The translations under genes were made by a program, and so were the position numbers. Positions 37,287 through 44,588 of a stretch of DNA of 49,655 nt are shown here, piece by piece; position 1 is the first letter of the stretch, and each line of letters starts with the position of its first letter. Below the pieces are notes generated by a model, which did not search any database, was not told the DNA's origin, and worked only from the letters and a program-made list of their open reading frames with translations. This stretch comes from an uncultured Candidatus Saccharibacteria bacterium (GTDB lineage: Bacteria > Patescibacteriota > Kazan-3B-28): NCBI GenBank assembly GCA_964434605.1, contig CAYSVM010000003.1, forward strand, positions 1-49,655, read 5' to 3'.

Positions 37287-37361
37287 TGGAGCGGATGAGC
37301 GGAATCGAACCGCCATATCTTGCTTGGCAAGCAAGCGCACGAACCATTGTGCTACACCCGC
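37287..37361 (-). tRNA. tRNA-Gly (anticodon GCC)
   Basis: Hand fold: acceptor GCGGGTG/CATCCGC, anticodon stem CTTGC/GCAAG, loop TTGCCAA, discriminator U, CCA encoded. 75 nt. Confidence 0.88.
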
Positions 37362-37427
37362 ATAAGTTCTTTTGGGAATGTCTAATCTATCACTGATATC
37401 ATTATAGCTTTACCCCAGATTCTAATC

Positions 37428-37502
37428 TGGTGCCGAGGGGGTGGATCGAACACCCGACACGAAGTTCTTCAGACTTCTGCTCTACCACTGAGCTACCTCG
37501 GC
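37428..37502 (-). tRNA. tRNA-Phe (anticodon GAA)
   Basis: Hand fold: acceptor GCCGAGG/CCTCGGC, anticodon stem GAAGT/ACTTC, loop CTGAAGA, CCA encoded. 75 nt. Confidence 0.9.
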
Positions 37503-37512
37503 TTGTTTTATA

Positions 37513-37541
37513 ATTTTACAGTTTGCATAAGGATGTGTAAA
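37513..37541 (-). promoter_or_regulatory. candidate promoter of the tRNA-Phe/tRNA-Gly unit
   Basis: Minus sense: TTTACA (37536-37541), 17 nt, TAAAAT (37513-37518). The -10 element ends 10 nt upstream of tRNA-Phe G1. The -35 hexamer is the same as in the rnpB promoter. Confidence 0.5.
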
Positions 37542-37574
37542 TTATGGTATAGCATTCAATGATATACTGTAAAT

Positions 37575-37949
37575 ATGGAGAATTGCAAAACTTGTAAAAA
37601 ACCATTTAAAGATTATCAAGGTCGGGGACGGTCTCGTTGTGGTTCTTGTAATACTAAAATCAGAAGATATCGCGCAAAAGCTGCTGCTATTCAATATTTG
37701 GGAGGAGTATGTGTTAGGTGTGGTTGGCAAGGTAACCAAGCGGCATTTCAATTCCACCACATAAACCCAAGGGCAAAAGATTTTATTATTGGCAACGTTG
37801 CAAATAAAAAATGGGATGTAATAAAAAAAGAATTAAACAAGTGTATCCTTCTCTGTGCTAACTGTCATGCGATTGAACACAGCACAAAAGAAGGAGACTC
37901 ATTTATAAAAGAAGCTCTTAATTATAAAGGTAGGTCATTGAAGTTTTAA
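37575..37949 (+). CDS. HNH endonuclease (free-standing, homing-endonuclease-like)
   Basis: 124 aa. N-terminal CxxC...CxxC (CKTC, CGSC), then the HNH core CVRCGW...FQFHHINPR...LLCANCHAIEH. This is the only plus-strand gene between 2926 and 40238. Confidence 0.85.
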   Translation: MENCKTCKKPFKDYQGRGRSRCGSCNTKIRRYRAKAAAIQYLGGVCVRCGWQGNQAAFQFHHINPRAKDFIIGNVANKKWDVIKKELNKCILLCANCHAIEHSTKEGDSFIKEALNYKGRSLKF

Positions 37950-37952
37950 CTC

Positions 37953-38029
37953 TGGTGGGCGCGGAGGGACTCGAACCCCCGACACCTTGGATGTAAACCA
38001 AGTGCTCTAACCAGCTGAGCTACGCGCCC
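37953..38029 (-). tRNA. tRNA-Val (anticodon TAC)
   Basis: Hand fold: acceptor GGGCGCG/CGCGCCC, anticodon stem CTTGG/CCAAG, loop TTTACAT, CCA encoded. 77 nt. Confidence 0.9.
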
Positions 38030-38031
38030 GT

Positions 38032-38118
38032 TGGTGGGCCGGAGAGGAGTTGAACCTCCACGGGTATTACCCCACAGCGCCCTTAACGCTGCGCGTATGC
38101 CAGTTTCGCCACCGGCCC
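38032..38118 (-). tRNA. tRNA-Leu (anticodon AAG, A34)
   Basis: Hand fold: acceptor GGGCCGG/CCGGCCC, anticodon stem CAGCG/CGCTG, loop TTAAGGG (anticodon = plus-strand ctt at 38082-38084). Long variable arm, CCA encoded. 87 nt. Confidence 0.8.
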
Positions 38119-38122
38119 ACAA

Positions 38123-39877
38123 TTATTGTTTCTTGGATTTAATGTACCACTGCCCTAGGTTTATAAACCTATCTGTCGTCGATGACAAGTTAATTTTATC
38201 AGTTACTCCTTTTACTTTCTTGTCCACTACATATGTGTATTTGGGTTGGTAAAGAAGGATGGCTGGAACAAGGTCTGAAAAAGCAGATTGGAATTTAAGG
38301 TAGTAAGGAATGGCTTTGTTGAGACTAGTGGCAGTGCGAGCTTGTTCTAGGTTGTTATCTATATCTTTATCTACTTCCACAGCTAATGCTAGTCCAGGAT
38401 CTTTTATCTCACTACTATGCCAGTAAACGTAAGGGTCGGAATTACCACCAAGATCTTGTCCAAAGATTAACACTTCGTAAGCACGAGGACGAATTGCATC
38501 TTTGATTAAAGTGGCAATGTCTAGTGGTTGGAGAATTGCTTCCACACCAATGCTTCGCCAAGTCTTTTGGATTAGTTCTGCAGTTTTGCGATATTTTGCA
38601 TCGTCTCTAAAGGCAACTTTTAGGGTGAGTTTAGTTTTGTCTTTTTCCAAGATGCCATCGCTGTCGCTATCTGCCCATCCCGCTTTCTTTAGCAAGTTTG
38701 CAGCACGAGCAATGTCGAATTCATATTTCTTTATATCTGGATTGTGTCCCCAGAAGCCAGAGAGTATGGGAGAATCTGCCTTCAAGGCGTAGCCCTGTTC
38801 CACTTCATCTATTATCTGCTGTTTGTTTGTGGCATATGCCAGAGCCTGGCGAATAGTTTTGTCTGCAAGCAAAGGATTACTACCAAGCTGGTTGAAGAAA
38901 ATTGCTTTGTATTGGGGTAAGGCAAATTCGTAGATAGCATCATTTGCAGTAGTGTTAAAGACTGGTTCGGTAAATCCAGCAGCACTTATTTGCCTATTAC
39001 GGAAAGCGGCATAGAGATTTTCGGAGTTATCGAAGAAGTAGAAGATTACTGTTTCAATATATGGTTTGGTATTGTAGTAGTCATCAAATTTTCCCAGAGT
39101 TACTGCCGCTTTGGAGTCTGAGGACTGGTATTTGTAAGGCCCTGTTCCAATAATCTTGTTTGCAGTGTATTGGGTTGCTAGTTCCCTTACTGCAATGTTG
39201 CCGAAGATATGTTCAGGGATAATGCCGACCGACATATCGGTAAGGAAGAATACGGAAGGAGTGGGAAGAGTAAACTTTACCGTAAGTTCATCTAGTTTTT
39301 CTACCAAGATTCCAGCAAAGTTTGCTTTCAGGACACCGGTGTAGTCGTTGTTTTGCAGAGTGTTGAATGTAAATACCACATCGTCTGCGTTGAAATGTTC
39401 TCCGTCATGCCATTTGGCGTTGGGTTGTAGACGGAAGAGATATGTTTTGCCCCCATCTAGAATGTCCCAAGTGGTAGCAAGATCTGGCAAGATCTCTCTT
39501 CCGGCACCGATTTTGGTAAGACCAGAATAGACTAAGCGAGAGATATTGCTATCCACTGAATTGGTTCCAGCCAGAAGCGGATTGATGTATTTAGGACTAC
39601 CCACTAATCCTTCTATGTGCACTCCTCCTGCAACAGGCTTTATTTCGCTATCTCCTCCATCCGAAAGAGCAAGAACAGTGCCTCCGCTAATGACAACCAC
39701 AACTAGAAGAGCAAGGATGACTTTCTCGGTGAAAGTAAATTTTTGATTCAAATGGCGAAGCCACAAAACTGCTTCACCAAAAAACTTCTGCAATCCGCTC
39801 AAAGCGGAGATGGCAGCATGTTGAGTCCGATCTATTTTCAGCCGTTTGACAATACGAATTTCTGGTTCTTTTTTCAT
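38123..39877 (-). CDS. ABC transporter substrate-binding protein, family 5 (peptide/nickel type), TM-anchored
   Basis: 584 aa. N-terminal TM (VILALLVVVVISGGTVLAL), then the SBP family-5 pattern LVYSGLTK...LPDLATTWDI..DGKTYLFRL...AKWHDGEHFNADDVVFTF. SD GGAGGT lies 10 nt upstream of the start. Confidence 0.85.
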   Translation of the reverse strand: MKKEPEIRIVKRLKIDRTQHAAISALSGLQKFFGEAVLWLRHLNQKFTFTEKVILALLVVVVISGGTVLALSDGGDSEIKPVAGGVHIEGLVGSPKYINPLLAGTNSVDSNISRLVYSGLTKIGAGREILPDLATTWDILDGGKTYLFRLQPNAKWHDGEHFNADDVVFTFNTLQNNDYTGVLKANFAGILVEKLDELTVKFTLPTPSVFFLTDMSVGIIPEHIFGNIAVRELATQYTANKIIGTGPYKYQSSDSKAAVTLGKFDDYYNTKPYIETVIFYFFDNSENLYAAFRNRQISAAGFTEPVFNTTANDAIYEFALPQYKAIFFNQLGSNPLLADKTIRQALAYATNKQQIIDEVEQGYALKADSPILSGFWGHNPDIKKYEFDIARAANLLKKAGWADSDSDGILEKDKTKLTLKVAFRDDAKYRKTAELIQKTWRSIGVEAILQPLDIATLIKDAIRPRAYEVLIFGQDLGGNSDPYVYWHSSEIKDPGLALAVEVDKDIDNNLEQARTATSLNKAIPYYLKFQSAFSDLVPAILLYQPKYTYVVDKKVKGVTDKINLSSTTDRFINLGQWYIKSKKQ

Positions 39878-39892
39878 AGGACCAGTTACCTC

Positions 39893-40117
39893 CTATTTTA
39901 CAAACAGCATCACAAAAGAAGTAGCAACAAAAAGAAAAGCTAAACCTAGCGTGATGAAATACAGCACTCGTTCCGGCCCCCTCCGAGTGCCATAGAATAC
40001 ACCACTTCCACCAAAGGTTTCACCAAGCGAAGAACCGCGAGCCTGCAAAAGGATGGCGGCCATTAGCAGAATGCCTGTTACTACCTGGAAGATAAAGAAA
40101 AAACTGCTCCAAATCAT
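39893..40117 (-). CDS. secG: preprotein translocase subunit SecG
   Basis: 74 aa, two TM segments. LLQARGSSLGETFGG matches the SecG motif (LLQ..KG.G.G..FGG). Confidence 0.85.
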   Translation of the reverse strand: MIWSSFFFIFQVVTGILLMAAILLQARGSSLGETFGGSGVFYGTRRGPERVLYFITLGLAFLFVATSFVMLFVK

Positions 40118-40195
40118 AAGAATACCTGTAATTAGGTCTTTCCTATCCTAGCAAAAAAACTATCCTAAGTAAACTGATTTTTCCTATTTCCCTTT

Positions 40196-40225
40196 TTGAC
40201 TTTTTGCTTCCAATCTGCTTACAAT
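40196..40225 (+). promoter_or_regulatory. candidate promoter of the bactofilin operon
   Basis: TTGACT (40196-40201), 18 nt, TACAAT (40220-40225). A GGGGGG SD-like run sits 7 nt before the ATG at 40239. Confidence 0.4.
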
Positions 40226-40238
40226 TGGGGGGTCTACT

Positions 40239-40676
40239 ATGAGTAAAACTAGAGCAGATTTTGCTGATTTCAATAATCCCGACACTATTATTGGCCGGGG
40301 GGTTAGAGTAGAAGGCACTCTCCAGACTGCTGGGGATATACAAATCAATGGAGAGTTCAAGGGTAAACTTCTGACCGAGGCAGATGTTGTGGTAGGAGAA
40401 TATGCGGTAGTGGATGCGGATATCAATGGACAGAATGTATATGTCTCAGGTGAGGTTATTGGAGATATCAATGCGTTTGAGAAGATTGAGATTATGGAAA
40501 CAGGAAAGGTAGATGGCAACGTAACGGCTTCTGCTTTGTCTATTGAATCTGGAGGTATTTTGAAGGGAACCAGTACTATGCACGAAGTGGAAACAGAAAG
40601 ACCCGAGACTGAACCAACATATGAAGTGCAGGAAGCTAAACCCGAAGAAGATTCTGGGGCAGATACTTCTGCATAA
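40239..40676 (+). CDS. bactofilin (polymer-forming cytoskeletal protein)
   Basis: Beta-helical repeat pattern IIGRGVRVEGTLQTAGDIQINGEFKGKL...VVGEYAVVDADINGQNVYVSGEVIGDI... typical of DUF583/bactofilin, plus an acidic C-terminal tail. Confidence 0.85.
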   Translation: MSKTRADFADFNNPDTIIGRGVRVEGTLQTAGDIQINGEFKGKLLTEADVVVGEYAVVDADINGQNVYVSGEVIGDINAFEKIEIMETGKVDGNVTASALSIESGGILKGTSTMHEVETERPETEPTYEVQEAKPEEDSGADTSA

Positions 40677-40682
40677 AAATTT

Positions 40683-41486
40683 ATGTATTTACTTCTAGCC
40701 AATCCAGAAGCCGGCGGGAAACGTTTCCAGAAGATAAAATCACAGCTGGTAGATTACCTCAACAAGCTTGGGGTGAAGTTTGATTTAGTAGAATTAGTAA
40801 ACTTAGTAGATGCCGAAGAGGCAATGAAAAAACATATCCAGCATGCTACCCGCGGTGTTATTGCTATAGGTGGAAATGCTACGGTGAATACGGTAATTAA
40901 TTCTATGGCAGATGAGGAAATGCCTTTTGGGATCATTCCAATAGGTAAGACCAACTATTTAGCCCATAGTCTGGGGATAAAGGGATGGCGAAATGCAGCT
41001 AAACTTCTAGCTGATCCAGATAAGATTGCTCGGAGATTGGGAAAGATTGGTAAACATTATTTTGTAGATAAAATAGAGATTCTAGGTAGTCACAATCTGC
41101 TTTCCAAGTATCTTAAGGGTGAAGGGTTTATAAAAAAGTTTATTGGTTCCTCCACTCCATCTTCCGAGAAGAATGCTGGTGTAAATACTACTGTTAGCTT
41201 TGATGATGGAGTAAGGGTTACCACTTTAGTACAAAAGATTTCTGCTAGATTGAATGATGAAAAGGGTGGAAAGAAGATTTTGTTGGAGATAACAACCGAT
41301 GATCCCAAAAGTCCAACTAGACTGTGGATGGATGAATTAGAAATAGAAGGAGACAAGAAAATGCCTGTTTTGATGGGAAACGAAACAGTGGCACACACCC
41401 CAGTAGAAATAAAGGGATGTTCTAAATACATTGAGTTGCTAATACCAAAGCTTCCGGCCAAACTAGCCAAAAGCCGTAAGAAATGA
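40683..41486 (+). CDS. diacylglycerol-kinase catalytic-domain (YegS/DgkB-like) protein with divergent motifs
   Basis: LLANPEAGGKR..., VIAIGGNATVNTVINS (in place of the GGDGT motif) and FGIIPIGKTNYLAHSLG (in place of PLGTGNDFAR). 267 aa. Confidence 0.6.
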   Translation: MYLLLANPEAGGKRFQKIKSQLVDYLNKLGVKFDLVELVNLVDAEEAMKKHIQHATRGVIAIGGNATVNTVINSMADEEMPFGIIPIGKTNYLAHSLGIKGWRNAAKLLADPDKIARRLGKIGKHYFVDKIEILGSHNLLSKYLKGEGFIKKFIGSSTPSSEKNAGVNTTVSFDDGVRVTTLVQKISARLNDEKGGKKILLEITTDDPKSPTRLWMDELEIEGDKKMPVLMGNETVAHTPVEIKGCSKYIELLIPKLPAKLAKSRKK

Positions 41487-41501
41487 TAGCTTAAAAATAG
41501 T

Positions 41502-42026
41502 TTGAGTAGACCAACTCCCCCACTAAGAATCCGTGCAAACCATATGATCCGATCATCTCGGCTCTTTGTAATCGACGAAGACGGAAAGCCAAGAGGAGAG
41601 ATGTCTTTGCAGGAAGCAATGAGGATTGCAGAGTTGGCAGAGATGGATCTGGTGGAAGTTTCTCCCAATGCTAATCCTCCTGTGGCAAAGATTTTGGATC
41701 TAGGCAAATACAAGTACGAGCTTACCAAGGCTCAACAGCGTCAGCGCAAACACCATAAAGAGGTGGTGGTAAAGGAAGTACGCCTGGGACCAACCATTGG
41801 AGACCATGATTTAGGGGTAAAAATAAAGCAGGCAGAGAAGTTTTTGGGGCTGGGGTATAAGGTAAAAGCCTCGGTTGTTTTCCGTGGCCGACAGATGGCC
41901 CATATGGAGCTCGGGCATGAGGTTCTGCAAAAGCTGGTTGACAGATTACACGACAAAGCTAAAATGGAACAAGCTCCTATCCGGCAAGGTCGGAGCGTTC
42001 ACATTGTTATCGCTCCTAATAGATAG
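41502..42026 (+). CDS. infC: translation initiation factor IF-3 (probable non-AUG start)
   Basis: [20 protein letters not shown]...[25 protein letters not shown] matches IF-3. The conserved R.N...IR block lies upstream of the first ATG (41544), so the TTG at 41502 is the likely start. Confidence 0.88.
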   Translation: MSRPTPPLRIRANHMIRSSRLFVIDEDGKPRGEMSLQEAMRIAELAEMDLVEVSPNANPPVAKILDLGKYKYELTKAQQRQRKHHKEVVVKEVRLGPTIGDHDLGVKIKQAEKFLGLGYKVKASVVFRGRQMAHMELGHEVLQKLVDRLHDKAKMEQAPIRQGRSVHIVIAPNR

Positions 42027-42028
42027 AT

Positions 42029-42226
42029 ATGCCAAAACTTAAGACCCACAAAGCAGCCGCTAAAAGATTTCATGTTACCAAGACGGGCAAACTTGCCCGC
42101 CGAAAGACTCGAGGCGCACATAAGCTGACTAATAAGTCAGCCGACCAGAAAAGGCGGAGTGCTCAGCCAGCCCAAGTGGCTAGCGCAGATGCTGCCAGAA
42201 TAAGAAGAATGCTTGGTAAGATTTAA
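42029..42226 (+). CDS. rpmI: 50S ribosomal protein L35
   Basis: [21 protein letters not shown] typical L35. Confidence 0.93.
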   Translation: MPKLKTHKAAAKRFHVTKTGKLARRKTRGAHKLTNKSADQKRRSAQPAQVASADAARIRRMLGKI

Positions 42227-42228
42227 TC

Positions 42229-42573
42229 ATGCGTATTAAAAGAGGAAAAGTAGTACATAGACGGCATAAGAAATTGCTTGAAGCAACAAAAGGTTTTCGA
42301 GTACTACGCAGAACCAATATTAAGCGGGCAAAAGAAGCGACAATAAAGGCTTTGTCTTATTCGTATCGGGATCGTCGGAACAAGAAGAGAGAATTCCGTG
42401 CACTGTGGATAAACCGCATCAATGCCGCATTGTCAGGGATGAATGTAAAATACAGCAAATTCATTCAAGCAATGACTACCAAGAAGATTGAGTTGGATCG
42501 TAAAGTTTTAGCTCAGTTGGCAGTTCAGCATCCGGATGTGTTTGAGCGGATCGCCAAAGAAGTTACCAAGTAG
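42229..42573 (+). CDS. rplT: 50S ribosomal protein L20
   Basis: MRIKRGKVVHRRHKKLLEATKGFR...FRALWINRINAA typical L20. Confidence 0.95.
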   Translation: MRIKRGKVVHRRHKKLLEATKGFRVLRRTNIKRAKEATIKALSYSYRDRRNKKREFRALWINRINAALSGMNVKYSKFIQAMTTKKIELDRKVLAQLAVQHPDVFERIAKEVTK

Positions 42574-42594
42574 GTTTTATGTTTTGTATTACTA

Positions 42595-42616
42595 CCTGCG
42601 AGATGCGGGATTTTTT
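42595..42616 (+). terminator. weak intrinsic terminator after rplT
   Basis: CCTGC-gagat-GCGGG (5 bp, one G-U) followed by aTTTTTT. It overlaps the stop of the convergent DUF4012 gene. Confidence 0.4.
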
Positions 42617-44588
42617 ATAATGTCAGATCTGAAACAAATTTTCCTTTGAATAATTCCTTCAAATCACCAGAGGAAAGGGTGGCAGAAGGAGTTTTTAGGA
42701 TAGAAGTTAGGCTAGTATTGGTGGTACCTGCTTGTTTTTGAATGTAGAGGGAGTATCTTTCCCCTTTTGCCAGTTCGAGTGTGAAGGGAAGCTGGTAATC
42801 CAGGGTAACAATTTTGGTTTCTCCTGGATTAGTGATTACATAAAAACCAAAGAAAGTTTTATTGTGTGCCGGTTCTGTAACTATTTTTTTCGATATATCG
42901 TAGCCAATAATGTTTTTCATTATCGTTCCTTTTGGCAAATACACACGAACGTAGTCTTTGTTTATGCCATCAGGAGATTTTCCGGTACCGGTATGGGCGT
43001 AGGTTAGAATCAGTTTTTCAGTAATTTCACCAGAAGTGTTGATATTAATCTGCTGTTCGATTGTATCGGTAATATTGTAACTACTTTTTACTCCTCCCAT
43101 ATTGGCACGTGCTACCATGAGAAAATCTTGTTTGGGTAGCGTTTCTTTTAGCTGTCCAGACCAGTTCATTTGAGAAACTATTTTCTGTAAGTCAGCATTG
43201 CGAGTGTAGAGCATGATGTTCTTTTCGTTGATTTGATCAAGCAACAATGGAGCGAGCTTGTTTAAATCATCTTTACCCAGAGACATTATTCTCTGCATTA
43301 AAATGGGACTAAGTTCTCCTAGTATGGCTTTGGGATTGGTTGTTTTTTCTACCTTCTGAACTTCCCCATATACAACATGAGCAAAGTTGTCTGCAGTAAT
43401 GGTAAGGTTTCTTTCGGGCAGTTTGATATCTCCAATAACCTGCATGATTGCCGACATGACTTGGGTGTTGATAGCAATAACACCGTCTGGTGTTCCTCCG
43501 CCTGCTTCTTCGTATAGATTGGCAATATGTTTAGCAGATGAGGGAAAATCTGGGTCAAAGTTGGCGTTTGGAATCACCTTCTCCCCTGTTTGGGATCCAG
43601 CAAGTTGGCCGTCGATACGGTAAGTGTCGTCGACATAAAAATCTGTAATTTTCCCACGATGGATAGTGGCTATTGCAACGCTTCCCATAAAACCTCCCGT
43701 TGGACGTAATTCGGTATCGTTTTGGTTGAGAATCAGATAGGTCCGAGGATTTGGATTCCCTAGAGCTCGGGGTAGTTGTTTGGCTACGGTAGTGCCCATA
43801 GCAATTAGATCGTGCAGAGTCCTGGCTTTTCCTTGCGCTACATTCAATATGGTAGAGTATTCTGTTCCAAGGGCTGTTGGCTCAATAGATTGCAATAAGT
43901 CATCTGCTTTGGCAATTTTAGATAAAGCTTTTTCTAAAGTACCCGAACTAGCACCGAGAATTTGGATTGCTTGGGGTAGGAAATCTTGAGTTGTTTGGTT
44001 TGCAGTTGGATTGGATGTATCTAAATATTTCATTACCGGTTCTGTAGCAGAAACAAGCAGTTGTCCACCTTGCGCTAGATTAAGACCAGCATCGATAAGT
44101 TTTTGTCCGGCAATAATTCGGAACTGATCTCCCGCAAGACCAGACATATATAGGTTGGTTTGTCCAAGAGAAAGAATGTCTTTTTGAGCAGAGGCAAAAA
44201 GGTTTTCAGCAGCAATGAGATTAGTTTTTGCTTCTGGTAGGTTCTTTAGTGCTACTGCTTGGGCAGCAGCTTCAATTCTCCCTACTCCCCGATTAACCGT
44301 GGAGATAGTATCTTTCTTTATCTGTAAAACATTTTGGTAAGCAAACACTCCTCCTATGTATGCCAGAACGGCAAAGAGAGTGAGCCCGGTAATTACCAGC
44401 CAAGACATAGCGTTAGTTGCTACATGGGAAGCGGGACGTGCTACTACAGAAGATCTGGTATGCAGGAATGCTAAATCTAGAATCTGGCCCCTCTCACTGT
44501 GCTTTGGTTCGGGATCACTAGCTTGAGGCCGACCGTAATACAGGCGGACTTTAGCTTTGGGTTTTACGTTGTAATACTTGCTTGGCAT
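42615..44588 (-). CDS. DUF4012 domain membrane protein
   Basis: 657 aa. N-terminal TM (WLVITGLTLFAVLAYIGGVF) and a large extracytoplasmic part containing NDTELRPTGGFMGSVAIA, which I recognise as the DUF4012 hallmark (ELR.TGG..GS). Overlaps the upstream GT gene by 38 nt if the ATG at 44588 is used. Confidence 0.75.
   Translation of the reverse strand: MPSKYYNVKPKAKVRLYYGRPQASDPEPKHSERGQILDLAFLHTRSSVVARPASHVATNAMSWLVITGLTLFAVLAYIGGVFAYQNVLQIKKDTISTVNRGVGRIEAAAQAVALKNLPEAKTNLIAAENLFASAQKDILSLGQTNLYMSGLAGDQFRIIAGQKLIDAGLNLAQGGQLLVSATEPVMKYLDTSNPTANQTTQDFLPQAIQILGASSGTLEKALSKIAKADDLLQSIEPTALGTEYSTILNVAQGKARTLHDLIAMGTTVAKQLPRALGNPNPRTYLILNQNDTELRPTGGFMGSVAIATIHRGKITDFYVDDTYRIDGQLAGSQTGEKVIPNANFDPDFPSSAKHIANLYEEAGGGTPDGVIAINTQVMSAIMQVIGDIKLPERNLTITADNFAHVVYGEVQKVEKTTNPKAILGELSPILMQRIMSLGKDDLNKLAPLLLDQINEKNIMLYTRNADLQKIVSQMNWSGQLKETLPKQDFLMVARANMGGVKSSYNITDTIEQQININTSGEITEKLILTYAHTGTGKSPDGINKDYVRVYLPKGTIMKNIIGYDISKKIVTEPAHNKTFFGFYVITNPGETKIVTLDYQLPFTLELAKGERYSLYIQKQAGTTNTSLTSILKTPSATLSSGDLKELFKGKFVSDLTL

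Noticed and set aside
38031-38252. 73-aa plus-strand ORF
   Set aside because: It starts inside tRNA-Leu(AAG) and runs antisense into the SBP gene.
40184-40702. 172-aa ORF antisense to the bactofilin gene
   Set aside because: The Ser/Thr/Pro-rich low-complexity product mirrors the repetitive bactofilin coding strand. It has no SD, and the opposite strand carries a clear family match.
41090-41728. 212-aa ORF antisense to the DAGK-like gene and infC
   Set aside because: It spans two well-supported plus-strand genes and their junction. The product is low-complexity and has no recognisable motifs.
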